Shown: piece after piece, positions 11,920 through 23,315 of the stretch
Layout: each line of letters starts with the position of its first letter
Numbering within the stretch: the first letter of the stretch is position 1
Origin: Mobula hypostoma
Taxonomy: Eukaryota
NCBI RefSeq assembly: GCF_963921235.1
Contig: NC_086097.1
Location: 55,120,001-55,184,000 of the forward strand
Direction of reading: 5' to 3'
DNA: 64,000 bases
Program-made: the position numbers and the translations under genes
The notes under the pieces: generated by a model
What the model saw: only the letters and a program-made list of their open reading frames with translations
What the model was told of the DNA's origin: nothing
The model's database searches: none

Positions 11920-13280
11920 ATCAGTTTTGTGCATTCTCTCCTTGTAGCTTCTACATTCTAGTCCAGGAAGCAAATCTCACCTGCACCCTCTCCAAAGCTT
12001 CCACATCTTTCCCATAGTGTAGCAAACAGAACTGCATACAATCATTCAAATGTGGCCCAATTAAAATTTTATAAAGTTACTGCATCATTCAACTTTAATG
12101 CTCAATGTCTAAACTAATGAAACAAACATGCTATACACCACTCTTACTATCTTACCCAGTTGTGTTGTCATTTTCGGTGAACTACGTACTTGCATCCTAA
12201 GATCTCTCTGTGCATCAATGTTTTTGTCTAATCTCCTCTTGCGCTTGACATTGGACTTAAGTCTAATGTCAAGTGCAAGTGGACTTTAAGATTTAAGTCC
12301 ATCTAACATTTCTCCACCGAAGTTTCCAACTGATGCTTATCCTGCTGTATCCATTGACCTCCTTCCTGACTATCTAAAACTCCACCAACTTTTGAGCAAA
12401 TGATAGAGGAGGCCCCAGCACTGATCATTGCCAATCATCACTTGTCCCAGACCCTGTCAGATAAACAGCTTTTTATCCCATCCTCTGTCTTCTGCGATGA
12501 AGGAAATCTTGTATGCAATTTAACAGCTTGCTGTGGATCCCTTGAGGGACCTTGTTAAAAGCTTTATTTAAAATCCACATAGGTAATTTATACTGCCCTA
12601 CCCTCATCAATCATCATCACCTCAAAAAAAACAATTAACTTTGTGAGACAGCCGCGCTCACACCCGAACCTATGCTGACTTTCCCCAATGTCCAAGCTTT
12701 TCAATTGCAAATAATCTTATCCCCAAGGATCTTGTTCAATAATTTTCTTTCAGTGATTGGCTTACCTGCCTATAATTTGTTGGTTGTCCCTATTGCTCCC
12801 CTCAGATAAAGGAACAAAAAAGGCTGTTTTATAGTCTTTTGAGATTTTGCCATGGCTTAAGAGGATACAGCAATTTCTGTCAAGGCCCAAGCGATCTCTT
12901 CCCTTTTCCTCTATCCTGAGAAAGATCATATTTGACCCTGGGCACTGATTCATCTTCACGTTTTTCAAGGCAACCAACCCTTTTTCCATAATAGCGATAT
13001 AATGTCATAGTACTTGTCCATGATCTATCATCCTGCTCTTTGGTGCATACTGATGCAAAATTCTTGTTGAGGATTACACCAGCTTTCTGTGTCTCTGCAT
13101 ATAAAATCTTTCTCCTGTCCTTGAGTGGACTTAACCTTTCCCTGGTTTCTCATTGCTTTGGTTGGAGGTGTCTGTCTCTAATCCTACTTACCAAGGATAG
13201 TTCTTTGTCACTTCTGGCCTTGCTAATTTCTTGTTTAAATTCTTTCCTGATTCCTTTTATATTTTGGAGAGACAGTTCTG
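11920..13280 (-). mobile_element. Decayed CR1 LINE ORF2 fragment
   Basis: Degenerate RT-region peptides (ORF 12762-12989) and nucleotide similarity to other CR1 copies. Confidence 0.65.
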
Positions 13281-13288
13281 TTTTCGCA

Positions 13289-14219
13289 TGTAAATGTAAC
13301 TTCGTTGGATCAAATAACGACAGCACAAAAAGTTCGTTACTTATCTTTTCATCTGTTTATTTCTTCGAGCTCAGCCGGCGAGTGAATTTAGACCTGACAT
13401 TAGGGAGAGACCCTTTCTCATCTCCCCGGCGGTTCTACAAGTTCACTGCCTGATGTCAGAATTGTCAGAAGTTATAAGGCCACCGATACAAAAGAACAAT
13501 CAGTTTGATAACCATTCCGGTCAAGTCAATGGACTATTGATACAGAGAACAATCAGTTTGATAACTATTCCAGCCACCTTAATTAAAGAAAAGAATGTCC
13601 TACTTGGTTTGCTGGAGCCACAATTTAATTACAAAGATAAGAACATCCGTCAAATTTATGCTTTAATTAAGAAAGGAATGTTCTGTCTAATTTTCATCAG
13701 GTACTGCTTTTTGTCAAAATCAAAAGGTGTGAAAAACCCAGAGACATCTTTATGTGGATCTGGGTGAACTGTAATTATCTTGCTCCAAAGAAGGCAGCTG
13801 TGAGGCATTATTCAAACACACTGTAGTCACAGACATAGTACTTAATTCATTGTTTACAGGGATCTGAGAGTCCACCATTCCCTTAAACTTTATCACACAC
13901 AGTCAGCAGAACTTTAGTGTCATACAACATCATCTTTGTGTTGTGCAACTATAAATTTGCACAGAATGGGGAAGACACAGAACAGACCTGATGGCATAAA
14001 ACTAAGTATTCACAAGGTGCTGTGGACAATCAGTAGCAGAAGAAATTAACTGCATTCTATGATTTCATGGCTCAGCATTTCCCTTGCTCTGCCATTACAA
14101 GCCAGATTAGGCCATTCCCTGAATTTTATAGTTTAGATAGACTAACATAGGGCTTCTACTTGGGAAGTTACTTTTAGGTCTAGTGGCAGACTAAGCCGTT
14201 GTTTATTTGGTCAGATACA
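13289..14219 (-). mobile_element. LTR-like element (may continue at about 15880-16117 past the RTE)
   Basis: Starts TGTAAATGTAAC. Minus-strand AATAAA at about 13357, a TATA-like ttataa at about 13472, and a roughly 33-bp direct repeat (gatacaaaagaacaatcagtttgataaccattcc) at about 13485 and 13539. This is the U5-R-U3 order expected for a minus-strand LTR. Confidence 0.45.
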
Positions 14220-15875
14220 TTCATCATCATCATTGTGCTGTGACATATATTGTGGGTGATCATAGTCTTTCATCTGTCTTTAATCTGAAGTTCTAATGAC
14301 TATTCAGAAGTTTTGCTTATCAATCCCTTGATGTAACTTATGAATGTCATGTACTGTCAACCACGATTTTTTCTTCCATCAGCTTTTCCCATCACTGCAA
14401 GTTGTTCGAGTTTCTCTTTCCTCAGTACATGTCTCAGAAATTCCACCTGCCATTTCCTGATTGATGATATCAGCTCTCATCTTCTGGCTTTTAGCAGCAC
14501 TTCCTCATTTTGCTTTGATATCATCCAACTTTCACTTCCATGTGTTAGTATGGAATGGATATAGCACCACAACACTGGGTTTTGTATCCGGAGAAATTGT
14601 TATTCTTTAGTATCTTGTTCAAATGTTCGAATGTGCACTTAGCAATCCCAATCCTTCTAACTTCAACATTAGCCCTTCCATCAGATGTTATCGTGCTGTG
14701 TAAGTAATTGAACTTCCACGTTTGTTTAATTGTTTTGTTTTCCACTTTGTTGGTATTCCTGTGATTCTTTGTGACAACAAAGGTCGTCATGCAGTTGATG
14801 GTCAATCTTCTCTTTGCACTTCCTTTGACTTTATCCTGTACTACTTGGAGCTTCTCTTTAGGAGTAGCTATCGGCACTTTCATCTGCATATGGTAGGTTG
14901 CTTAAGTTGTATTCGCCAATTACACCTAGAATACTGCTAATTTCTCTTAGAATCTTCTTGCTATAAAGGTTGAATAGGTCGGGTGAGATAACACAACCCT
15001 GTCTGACTCCCGTTTTAATCTCAACAAAATCACTAGCCTCATTTTTCAACACTCATTTCCCAATACAAATTTCTGATGATTCTGATATCTTTTCTATCAA
15101 TGTCCAAGTGCTGTAGAATTTTTATAAGCTCTTCATGTCTCACCTGTCAAAAGCTTTAGTATAATCAATGAAACATAGGTATAGGTCTTTCTGAACCTCT
15201 ATAACGCGCTCACAAATCATTTTAAGGATTTTGCATTCCATTATCTTCAATGAAGCCGAAGTGCTCTTGTGCTGTTTCTGGTTTCATGCTTTTTCTTGTT
15301 CTCATAATGATTCGTAGCAGGGCTTTCATAACATGACTCATCAAACTAATTGTGCATTGTAATTCACATTAATTTACTGCATTGCCGAAAAAAAACCTAG
15401 CGCAAATACTGACTTGTTCATTTCCTCTGCTATTTCCCTGCTATCATATACTTCATTCAGTAAACCTGTCAGTCTTTCAATCCTGAAGTCTTCCAGCACT
15501 TGGATCATTTCTATAGCAATGTCATCTGGTCCTAATGCCTTATTCTTTTTCATTTTCCCCACTGCTGCTTTAATTTCTGATTTCATATCGGTGGGCCATC
15601 CATGTTCTTAGTTAATATTGGATTCTCTCTTCTCACATCTTCAAACAAGTCGGCAATTTATTCAGACCATCTTGCCAGTATATCTGTTTTTTCCATATCG
15701 ATTCATCCTCCTTCTTCAAAGACAAAAATTAGCACCTGTGAGTCCTCACCTTATGCATATCGCCAGAATTTTTAAGTTTCTCTACCTCTTCACATTCTTC
15801 ATTTTTCCATTGTTCTTTCACTTCTTTACATTTTCGCTTGATTTTTTTTGTTCAAAGTTTTATATCTGTTGCTGT
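14220..15875 (-). mobile_element. RTE-clade LINE, 5'-truncated and decayed
   Basis: Peptides KMKKNKALGPDDIAIEMI and EIKTGVRQGCVISPDLFNLYS..YAD. (ATG)n-type tail (tcatcatcatcat) at 14221. Confidence 0.85.
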
Positions 15876-16219
15876 TCTTTGGTGTGATACTGAGATTGTG
15901 GCCTCTCCACACTTGTTGGTTTGTCAGTACTGCTGAGCATTGACCATTTGTGATATATTTGATACAGTGTAAAAGGGAAAACAGGGGTTTTAAATTGGTC
16001 ACAATCCTGCACTTCTTCCCTTCCTTCTTCTTCCCACTACCTGCAGTTTTCTGAAAGAAACAAGTGTTGATATGTTGAGAATATCTTGACAACCAATTTC
16101 AGGATTATTTCATATCAATTGCAATACACAAGTGGGAGTGCACATCTCGCACAATCTCTCATGGTCCTCGAATGCATTCTACAGAAATCAGGAAAGCTCA
16201 CCAATATCTCTACTTTCTG

Positions 16220-17730
16220 AGGAGAGCCAAATCATTGTTACTCTAGATCTGATGCAGCACAAAAAAAGATAAAGTACACAATAATAATAATAAACACATT
16301 CAATATAAATACCTAATTAGCTTGTATACTTTGATTTTATGTCAATAAAGTGGCGCAAGAGACAGGAGTGTCTGCACATAAGGTGACTCTGACAGGAAAT
16401 TATGAAGTAGTGGTGGTTGGGGGTGTGAAGGTGTTGATCAGCCTTGCTGCTTGGGGAAAGTAACTATTTTTTGGTCTGGTGGTCCTGGCATGGATGCTGC
16501 ACAGCCTCCTCCCTGATGAGAGTTGGCAAACAGTCCATAGACAGGGTGGGTGGGATCCTTCATGATGCTACTGGCCTTTTTCCAGCATCTTTTGGTTTAA
16601 ACATCCATGATGGAGGGTAGGCTGCTCCCAATAATGCATTGGGCAGTTTTGACCACCCGTCGTCGAACCTTGCTGTCAGCCACAGTGCAGTTTTTGTACC
16701 ATGCAGTGATGCAGTTTATTCTCTGTGTATAGGAAAATACACATCTGTAAAATTATGTGCGTATAGATGTGCATAGTTGAGCTCTATTCAGCCTCCTCAG
16801 AAAGTAGAGATGTTGGTGAGTTTTCCTGATTTGAGTAGAATGTGTTCAAGGACCATGAGAGGCTGTGCTAGATATGCACTCCCAAGAGTTTGAAACTGTG
16901 CCACTGATTTAAAGAGGGGTGTGAGTTCTTCTGAAGTCAATCACCTTTCTGTCATTGATATTGAGGAAGGGGTTATTTGCCAGGCAGTAGACCTAAAGTT
17001 CTTCAACTTTCTCTCTGTAGGCAGTCTCGTCGTTGTTGGTGATGAGTCCCACTATTGTTATGTCATTGGTGAACTTGGCCAAACAGCCAAGTCACATTGT
17101 CATGCAGTCATGTGAGCAGAGTGTACAGCAATAGGACACGAGCCGGGGGGGGGGGGGGTCACCCCGGTGAAGGATAATTGAGAAGGAGGAGCAGTTGTGC
17201 ATTCTTGCTATCTGAGATCTGTTGGTTAAGAAGTCTAACGTCCAAATGCATAATGGTGTGTTTAACCTGAGGAGTAGGAGTTTGTTCACCAGGTCTGTGG
17301 GACAGTATTGTTGAATGCCGAACTGAAATCCTGAAACAGCAGTCTGACATAAGTATGTTTGTTTTCTAGGAATGCCAGGCCAGTGGATATAGAGCGGTTC
17401 CGTCAGTAAGCATATTGGTGAGTGTCCAATGTGGCAGGAATGGAGTCTTTGTGTGCCATTACCAGCCGTTCAAAGCACTTCATGATTGGCGTAAGTGCCA
17501 CTAGGCAGTAGTTGTTCAGTTCTGAAGGTGTGGAGTTCTTTGGTACAGGGATAATGGTGGCTGATTTGAAGCATGTGGGGGTAGCAATCTGGATGAGTGA
17601 TGTGTTGAAGAAGTCTGTGAAGAGATCAGAGTGCTGCTGCGCGTACTCTAAGTCTCGGCCTGAGATGTTGTCTGGCCCAGCCGCCCTACGGGGGTTGACT
17701 CTGCAGAAACCTCGCTTCTGTTGCTGTTGC
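16220..17730 (-). mobile_element. Rex1/Babar-type LINE fragment
   Basis: ORF 17403-17747: [40 protein letters not shown]; also LCIWTLDFLTNRSQ. Confidence 0.85.
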
Positions 17731-18192
17731 AGACAGTGGCTGCTCATTTGAGAGAGGAGCAGCTTTTGTTGCTGCCATTGTGTCGCCTGCCTTCAAGTGC
17801 GCATGAGTTGTTTAGAGCATTAAGTTGTTTGTCTCCTATTATTGACTTGGATCACCTCTCGAGTTACTATTGGTTTGGTTTCTACTCTTCCACTGATTCT
17901 CATCTACTCCATACAATTTCCTCCCCTTCCCCAACTCCCCCAATCAAATAAACTCTGCAAAGAAACTCTCTGCATCCAGTGCCTTGAATATCGATCTACT
18001 GATAATGTAATTACCTTTCCCATCTCTCTAATCAGTCCTGTCCCACATGAAGAATAGTGTCTCTTAAGTCAGAATGCTGTTTATTGACTTCAGTTTGGTG
18101 TTAAATATGATCGTGCCTCAGAAACTGTTCTTGTTTGGACTCAAAACCTCCCTCTGTAATTGGATCTTGGACTTGATGAAGAGAGTTTAGTC

Positions 18193-18273
18193 CAGGGGTT
18201 TCCAACCTGGGGTCCATGGACCCTTACCATTAACCGAGAGATCCATGGCATAAAAAATTTTTGGGAACCCCTG
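18193..18273. mobile_element. hAT (Charlie/MER5-like) MITE
   Basis: TIRs caggggtttccaa / ttgggaacccctg. Flanks gtttagtc / ccttagat resemble a decayed 8-bp TSD. Confidence 0.7.
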
Positions 18274-18777
18274 CCTTAGATTGTCTGTGTTGGCAACAAT
18301 ATCCCTAGCTCTATCACACTTATCCCGGGGGGTGGGGGGTGGGGAGGGGATGGAGGGCTAGTGCTATGTGCTCAGCCCTCTGCTAGTCACACTGCTGACG
18401 CACAACTGATACAACTCTAGCCACATTATTAAACTAGATTCTACCACACTAGTTATAAAATGCATTCTAATTTGTATAATCCAAATCAAGGTGTATTTTA
18501 AATCTGTTTAGAACAGATACAAAAATACTTTTAAACCCTAAATCGCTTAGTTTCATCTCTGAGAAATGCTTAAATCCATGGAAGGATCATATACAAAAGG
18601 CTTTGTGCCAGGTGAACTGAGTGGAATTTGTGAAACAGCTTTTTTTTTCCCAGATAATCCTGCTTGGTTTCAGAACACCATGCAGCTTGTTTTCTTTTGT
18701 GGTACCCAAAACAGCAAGTTAAGAAATTCTGGCCCTATTTACTTGAATTAGCAAGCTTCTATTTTGGAAAGATTAGC

Positions 18778-19060
18778 CATAGAAACATAGAAAGCCTACA
18801 GCACAGTACAGGCCCTTCGGCCCACAATGCTGTGCCGAACATGTACTTGCTTTAGAAAGTACATGGCTACCCATAGCCCTCTATTTTTCTAAGCTCCATG
18901 TACCTATCCAAGATTCTCTTAAAAGACCCTATTGTATCTGCCTCCACCACTGTTGCTGGAATCCCATTCCACACACTCACCACACTCTGTATTTTTTTTA
19001 AAAAAACACACAGCAAAAACTTGCCCCTGACATCTCCTCTGTACCTACCGCCAAGCACCA
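18778..19060 (-). mobile_element. CR1 3' end fragment
   Basis: catagaaacatag tail; peptide VWNGIPATVVEADTIGSFKRILDRYM. Confidence 0.85.
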
Positions 19061-20263
19061 TCCTGGAAGAGATTTTCAACATGTTAGTTGATAAAGATAA
19101 ATTTTTTTAGTAAGTAACCTAGTAGCTATTTTAATCTGAGGCTGCAGATCCGCGGTGCAGGAAATCTTGTTATCAAATATTTTAATTCTACTTTAGGCAT
19201 GAACAAAGCTGCCCTACCCGTTCTGATTATCCAGAATAGCAGCAATTCCCGTATCTTTCCTTGGACTCAAAATTGCGTTGTCTAAGTTCCTGTTTACTTA
19301 CATCTTAATAGATTGACTGCCACATTATGTACTGACTTTTATTTTGCAAGTCTCATCCTTCTGTTTGTATTGGTGTTATGGCACGTTTGCACCAGCTTTG
19401 TACATCTTGTCAAACATTTGTATGAGCAGGACTGGGATATGTCTGCTAGCATTTCAATAATAAGTGTACATTTGACAAATGTGAATTCATGCTATCTGCT
19501 GTAGTTTTGCTTTCATTATGAGCTGTACATTGAGGGGAAATTATTGCAAAGTATAGTTCACTCTAAGTCTATCATTTGAATAACTGGATTTACATAAAAT
19601 TTGAGGTATTGACGGAGCATTTTAAAAGTTCTGATTACTGGTATTCAATAAATAGACTTGTTGAAGTAATGGAAGAGCAAACTCTATTTTTACAACTTTT
19701 CCTTTTAAAGTGTTAATTGACTAGTCACAACTGCATGTCATGCTTATTCCAGAGGGGATTGTTTGACCACCGCATGATAGTTTGTATTAAAACAGAGTTC
19801 GGATTGGTGTAATCCTATGAAGGTGACAGCTGTCGAAACCAATTGAGAAATCAAATTAGAGCACACTAAAGGTGACCCCTCCATTGCACTCCTTTGGGTT
19901 ACAGAAATTAGTCCTTGTGGGTCCACAAATCTCTACCAAAATTTTGTATGTTTTTTTAAAGTAGAGGGGAGGAAAAGTAAATAATGCTATTTGTCGAATT
20001 TGTCTTGATGCTTGTGCAGATGGTATATCTTTGCATTACGAAAAATTGCTCTACATTCTACGAAGGCAGGCCATACCATAATGTAGGTGATGTGTAATTT
20101 GTTTAATTGGAGTATTGGGATAATGAAGGGTTATTGGGATAACAAAGACTATGGGGCTTACAAAGCACTGAACAATGAGTATTAAACAAAATATTTGTTT
20201 GTTTAATCAAAAATAGCTTAAGTGCTATTCCCATCCTTCAGATACGAAGACAAGTAAGTAAAT

Positions 20264-22113
20264 CCATAATCAGAGGAAGCCAGCAGATGCTGGAAATCCA
20301 AAGCAACACACACAACATGCTGGAGGAGCTCAGCAGGTTAGGCAGCATCTGTGGAAATGTCGACTTTTTGGACTGAGACTTTTCTTCGGGACTGAGAAGG
20401 AAGGGGGAAGATGCCAGAATAAACAGGTGGGGCGGGGGAAGGAGGCTAGCTAGAAGATAATAGGTAACTCAGGTTGGTGGGAAAGGTCAAGGACTGGATA
20501 AGAAGGAATCTGATAGGAGAGGAGAGTGGGCCATAGGAGAAAGGGAAGGAGGAGGGGACCAATGGGGAGGTGAGAAGAGGTAAAAGGTCAAGAGTGGGGG
20601 CTAGGGGAGGGTGGAGAATTTTTTTTACTGCAGAGAGAAATCTATATTCATGCCATCAGGTTGGAGGCTACCCAGATGGAAAATAAGGTGATACCCCTCC
20701 ACCCTAAGCATGGCCTTGTCTCGCACAAGAGGAGGATCGGAAGAGGAAGAGGGCGGGATTGGAATAAAATATTTGGCCACTGGGAAATTCCGTTTATGGC
20801 AGATGGAGTGGAGGCGATTAATGAAATGGTCTCTGATTTATGACAGATCACACCAACGCTGAGGAGGCCGCTTCGGACACAATAGGTGAGCCCAGTAGAT
20901 TCACACTTGGAAGGACTGTTTGGGGCTCTGAATAGATGTGAGGGAGGAGATGTATGGGCAGGTGTAGCTCTTGAGTGCTTGTAAGGATAAACGCCAGCAG
21001 TGAGATTAGTGGGGAGGGATGAATGGATAAGGGAATTGTATAGGGAGTGATACCTGAAGAAAGGGGGATGGGGAGGTGATGATAGTGGGATCAATTTGGA
21101 AATGGTAGAAGCTGCAGAGGGTGATGTGTTGGGTGCAGAAGCTGATGGGGTGGTAGGTTATACAGGTAAGGACAAGAGCAAGAGCTTTATCACTGTTAAG
21201 ATGGCAGGAAGGTGGGGTGAATATTCGGGAATTGGAGGAGATGCAGGAGAGGGCAGCATCATTAGAGGAGGGAGGGTAACTCTGTCCTTCCTGGGAACTG
21301 ATGTGGCGGAGGAAAGGAAATAGCATTTTTACAGGAGACAGGGTAGGAAGAGGTATAGTCAAGTTAACCGTAGGTTTATTAAAGGTGTTGGTTGACAGTT
21401 TGGCTCCGGAGACAGGGAGAGAGAGATCAAGAAAGGGAAGGAAAGGAGTGTCCGAGATGGACCAAGTGATTTTTAAAGGCATGGTGAAAGTTGGAGGCAA
21501 AGTTGATAAAATTAATGAGCTCAGCATAGGTGCATAAAGCAGCACCAATGCAGTAGTCAATGTAGCGGAGGAAGAATTGGAGTCTTAATGAGGAAGGCTA
21601 CGAACATGGACTGTTTACGTAGCCAGCGAAGAGGCAAGCGTAGCTGGACCCATGCAGGTGCCTGTGGCTACCCCTCAAGTTTGAAGAAAGTGAGGGGAGC
21701 CAAAGGGAAAATTGTGGATGAGGAATAGTTCTGCCAGACGGAGGAGGGGAATTGATTGGTTCTTTTGTCAAGAAAAAAGTGGAGCGCTTTGAGGCTTTCT
21801 TGATGGAGGTAAAAGTGTGTAAGGGACTGAACATCCATGGTGAAGATGAGGTGGTCAGGGCCAGGAAATTGACAGTTACTGGGGAGATTGAGGGCATGAG
21901 ACATGTCGTGGATGTAGGTGGGAAGGGACTGAATCAAATGGGAATAGAATGGAATCAAGCTATGAGGACACAAGTTCAGTAGGGCAGGAGCAGACAGAGA
22001 CAATAGGCCTACCTGGACACTACGGTTTGTGGATCTTGGGTAGGAGGTAGAAGCGAGCAGTGTGGGCTGAAGGAATTCAGAGTTTAAAGGAAGTCGATGG
22101 GTTCTCCAGAATT
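20264..22113 (-). mobile_element. Penelope-like element, 5'-truncated and decayed, with 10-bp TSD
   Basis: FTMDVQSL and PFLDLSL RT motifs, a GIY-YIG remnant, and a terminal repeat like that at 35.9 kb. TSD gtaagtaaat at 20254-20263 and 22114-22123. Confidence 0.85.
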
Positions 22114-22169
22114 GTAAGTAAATAATCAACGAGAAGATTTTGCGAAAGGGCATCTTAAAGATGGAAATG

Positions 22170-22720
22170 CACTTCTATCTTTATTGCAGTGCACTCCAGT
22201 CAGCATTTTTTTAAATAGGTTATCTGAAACTTTGCTTCCCCTCAACTTGCATTCATCTATCTACCTCTGTCTGTTTTTTTGACTTCTAAGTTGATAACAT
22301 CTTGATTTTTTTTTTTCTAAATTCATTTCCAAATCTCTTCACGGGCTTTCCCCTGTACCTCTTTATTTCCATCCCTATATGCCTCCAAAATGACTACAGT
22401 TCTGTAATTCTGGTGAGATTTTAATCTCCCAAAACTTGGTGGCTAGCTTGAGATGCCAAAGTCCTGAGCTCCAGAGCAACCTGAACCACTATTTGTGTGA
22501 GATTCTACAGATGCTGGAAATCCAAAGTAACACATAAGATGCTGGAGAATTCAGCAAGTCAGGCAGCATCTGTGGTCTCAGCCTACAGCATCAACTGTTT
22601 TTTCCTCTCCATAGATGCTGCCTGACCTGCAGAATTCCTCCAGAAACTTGTGTGTGTTACTTTGTGTCTAGGTCTTCCCCATCTTTAAAACGTCTTTTTA
22701 CAAAATCTTCTCTTTGATTA
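22170..22720 (+). mobile_element. Ancient L2-like 3' fragment
   Basis: Degenerate L2 3'-end pattern ('ccaaatctcttcacgggctttcccct', 'ctttaaaacgtcttttacaaaatcttctctttga'). Confidence 0.4.
22499..22660. mobile_element. Palindromic PLE-terminus-derived mini element
   Basis: Two inverted copies of the PLE end (gtcaggcagcatct / agatgctgcctgac). TSD tttgtgt at 22492-22498 and 22661-22667. Confidence 0.7.
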
Positions 22721-23315
22721 AATATATACTTACTTGTCTTGGTATCTCAAGGATGAGACTGGCATCTAAACTATCTCTTAATTAAACAAACATGGATTTT
22801 GTTTAATGCTCATGTGAATCGTGAGATAGTATGTTTCAGATATTGCCATTGTTATGTTTGCTGCTTTCTGGTAAATCCTCTTTTTGATTTCGGTCACACT
22901 TTGCACATTTCAGTTCAATTAAACAGTTGGAAATCAATATCAAAGTAGAAGTACCTCGCAGCAAGAATCATTACTTCTGGCTGTTTGAAATATTAATTCA
23001 TTAATTAAATTTAGGAAAATATACCAATCAGTTATTGAACAACCTTTCTCTGGGAATTTGTACTTGAATTGTAGAGAGGGATCAGTTTTCTTAATACTGT
23101 TTTTAGAGGTCACATGACCTATATGTACAACGATACATCTTGTAAAATAATTTGGATAGGAAAGAATGTAATTCTACTTGATGACCATGACATCGGTGTG
23201 GTTATAAAATGGTTTACGATTTTGTATTTTAAATAAGACTGCTGATGTAGTTTTCCTAAATATGCTGATCTATTTTATATAGCAATAATTCATATGCAGT
23301 AGTAATAAACAAATA

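Noticed and set aside
18325..18360. G-run cluster with G-quadruplex potential (also poly-G/C runs at about 17144, 30824 and 54699)
   Set aside because: These are simple homopolymer expansions within repeat relics, with no evidence of function.
20355..20395. Hammerhead motif in the 20.3-kb PLE terminus
   Set aside because: Both core boxes are mutated, so it is listed only as a decayed relic and not as a ribozyme.
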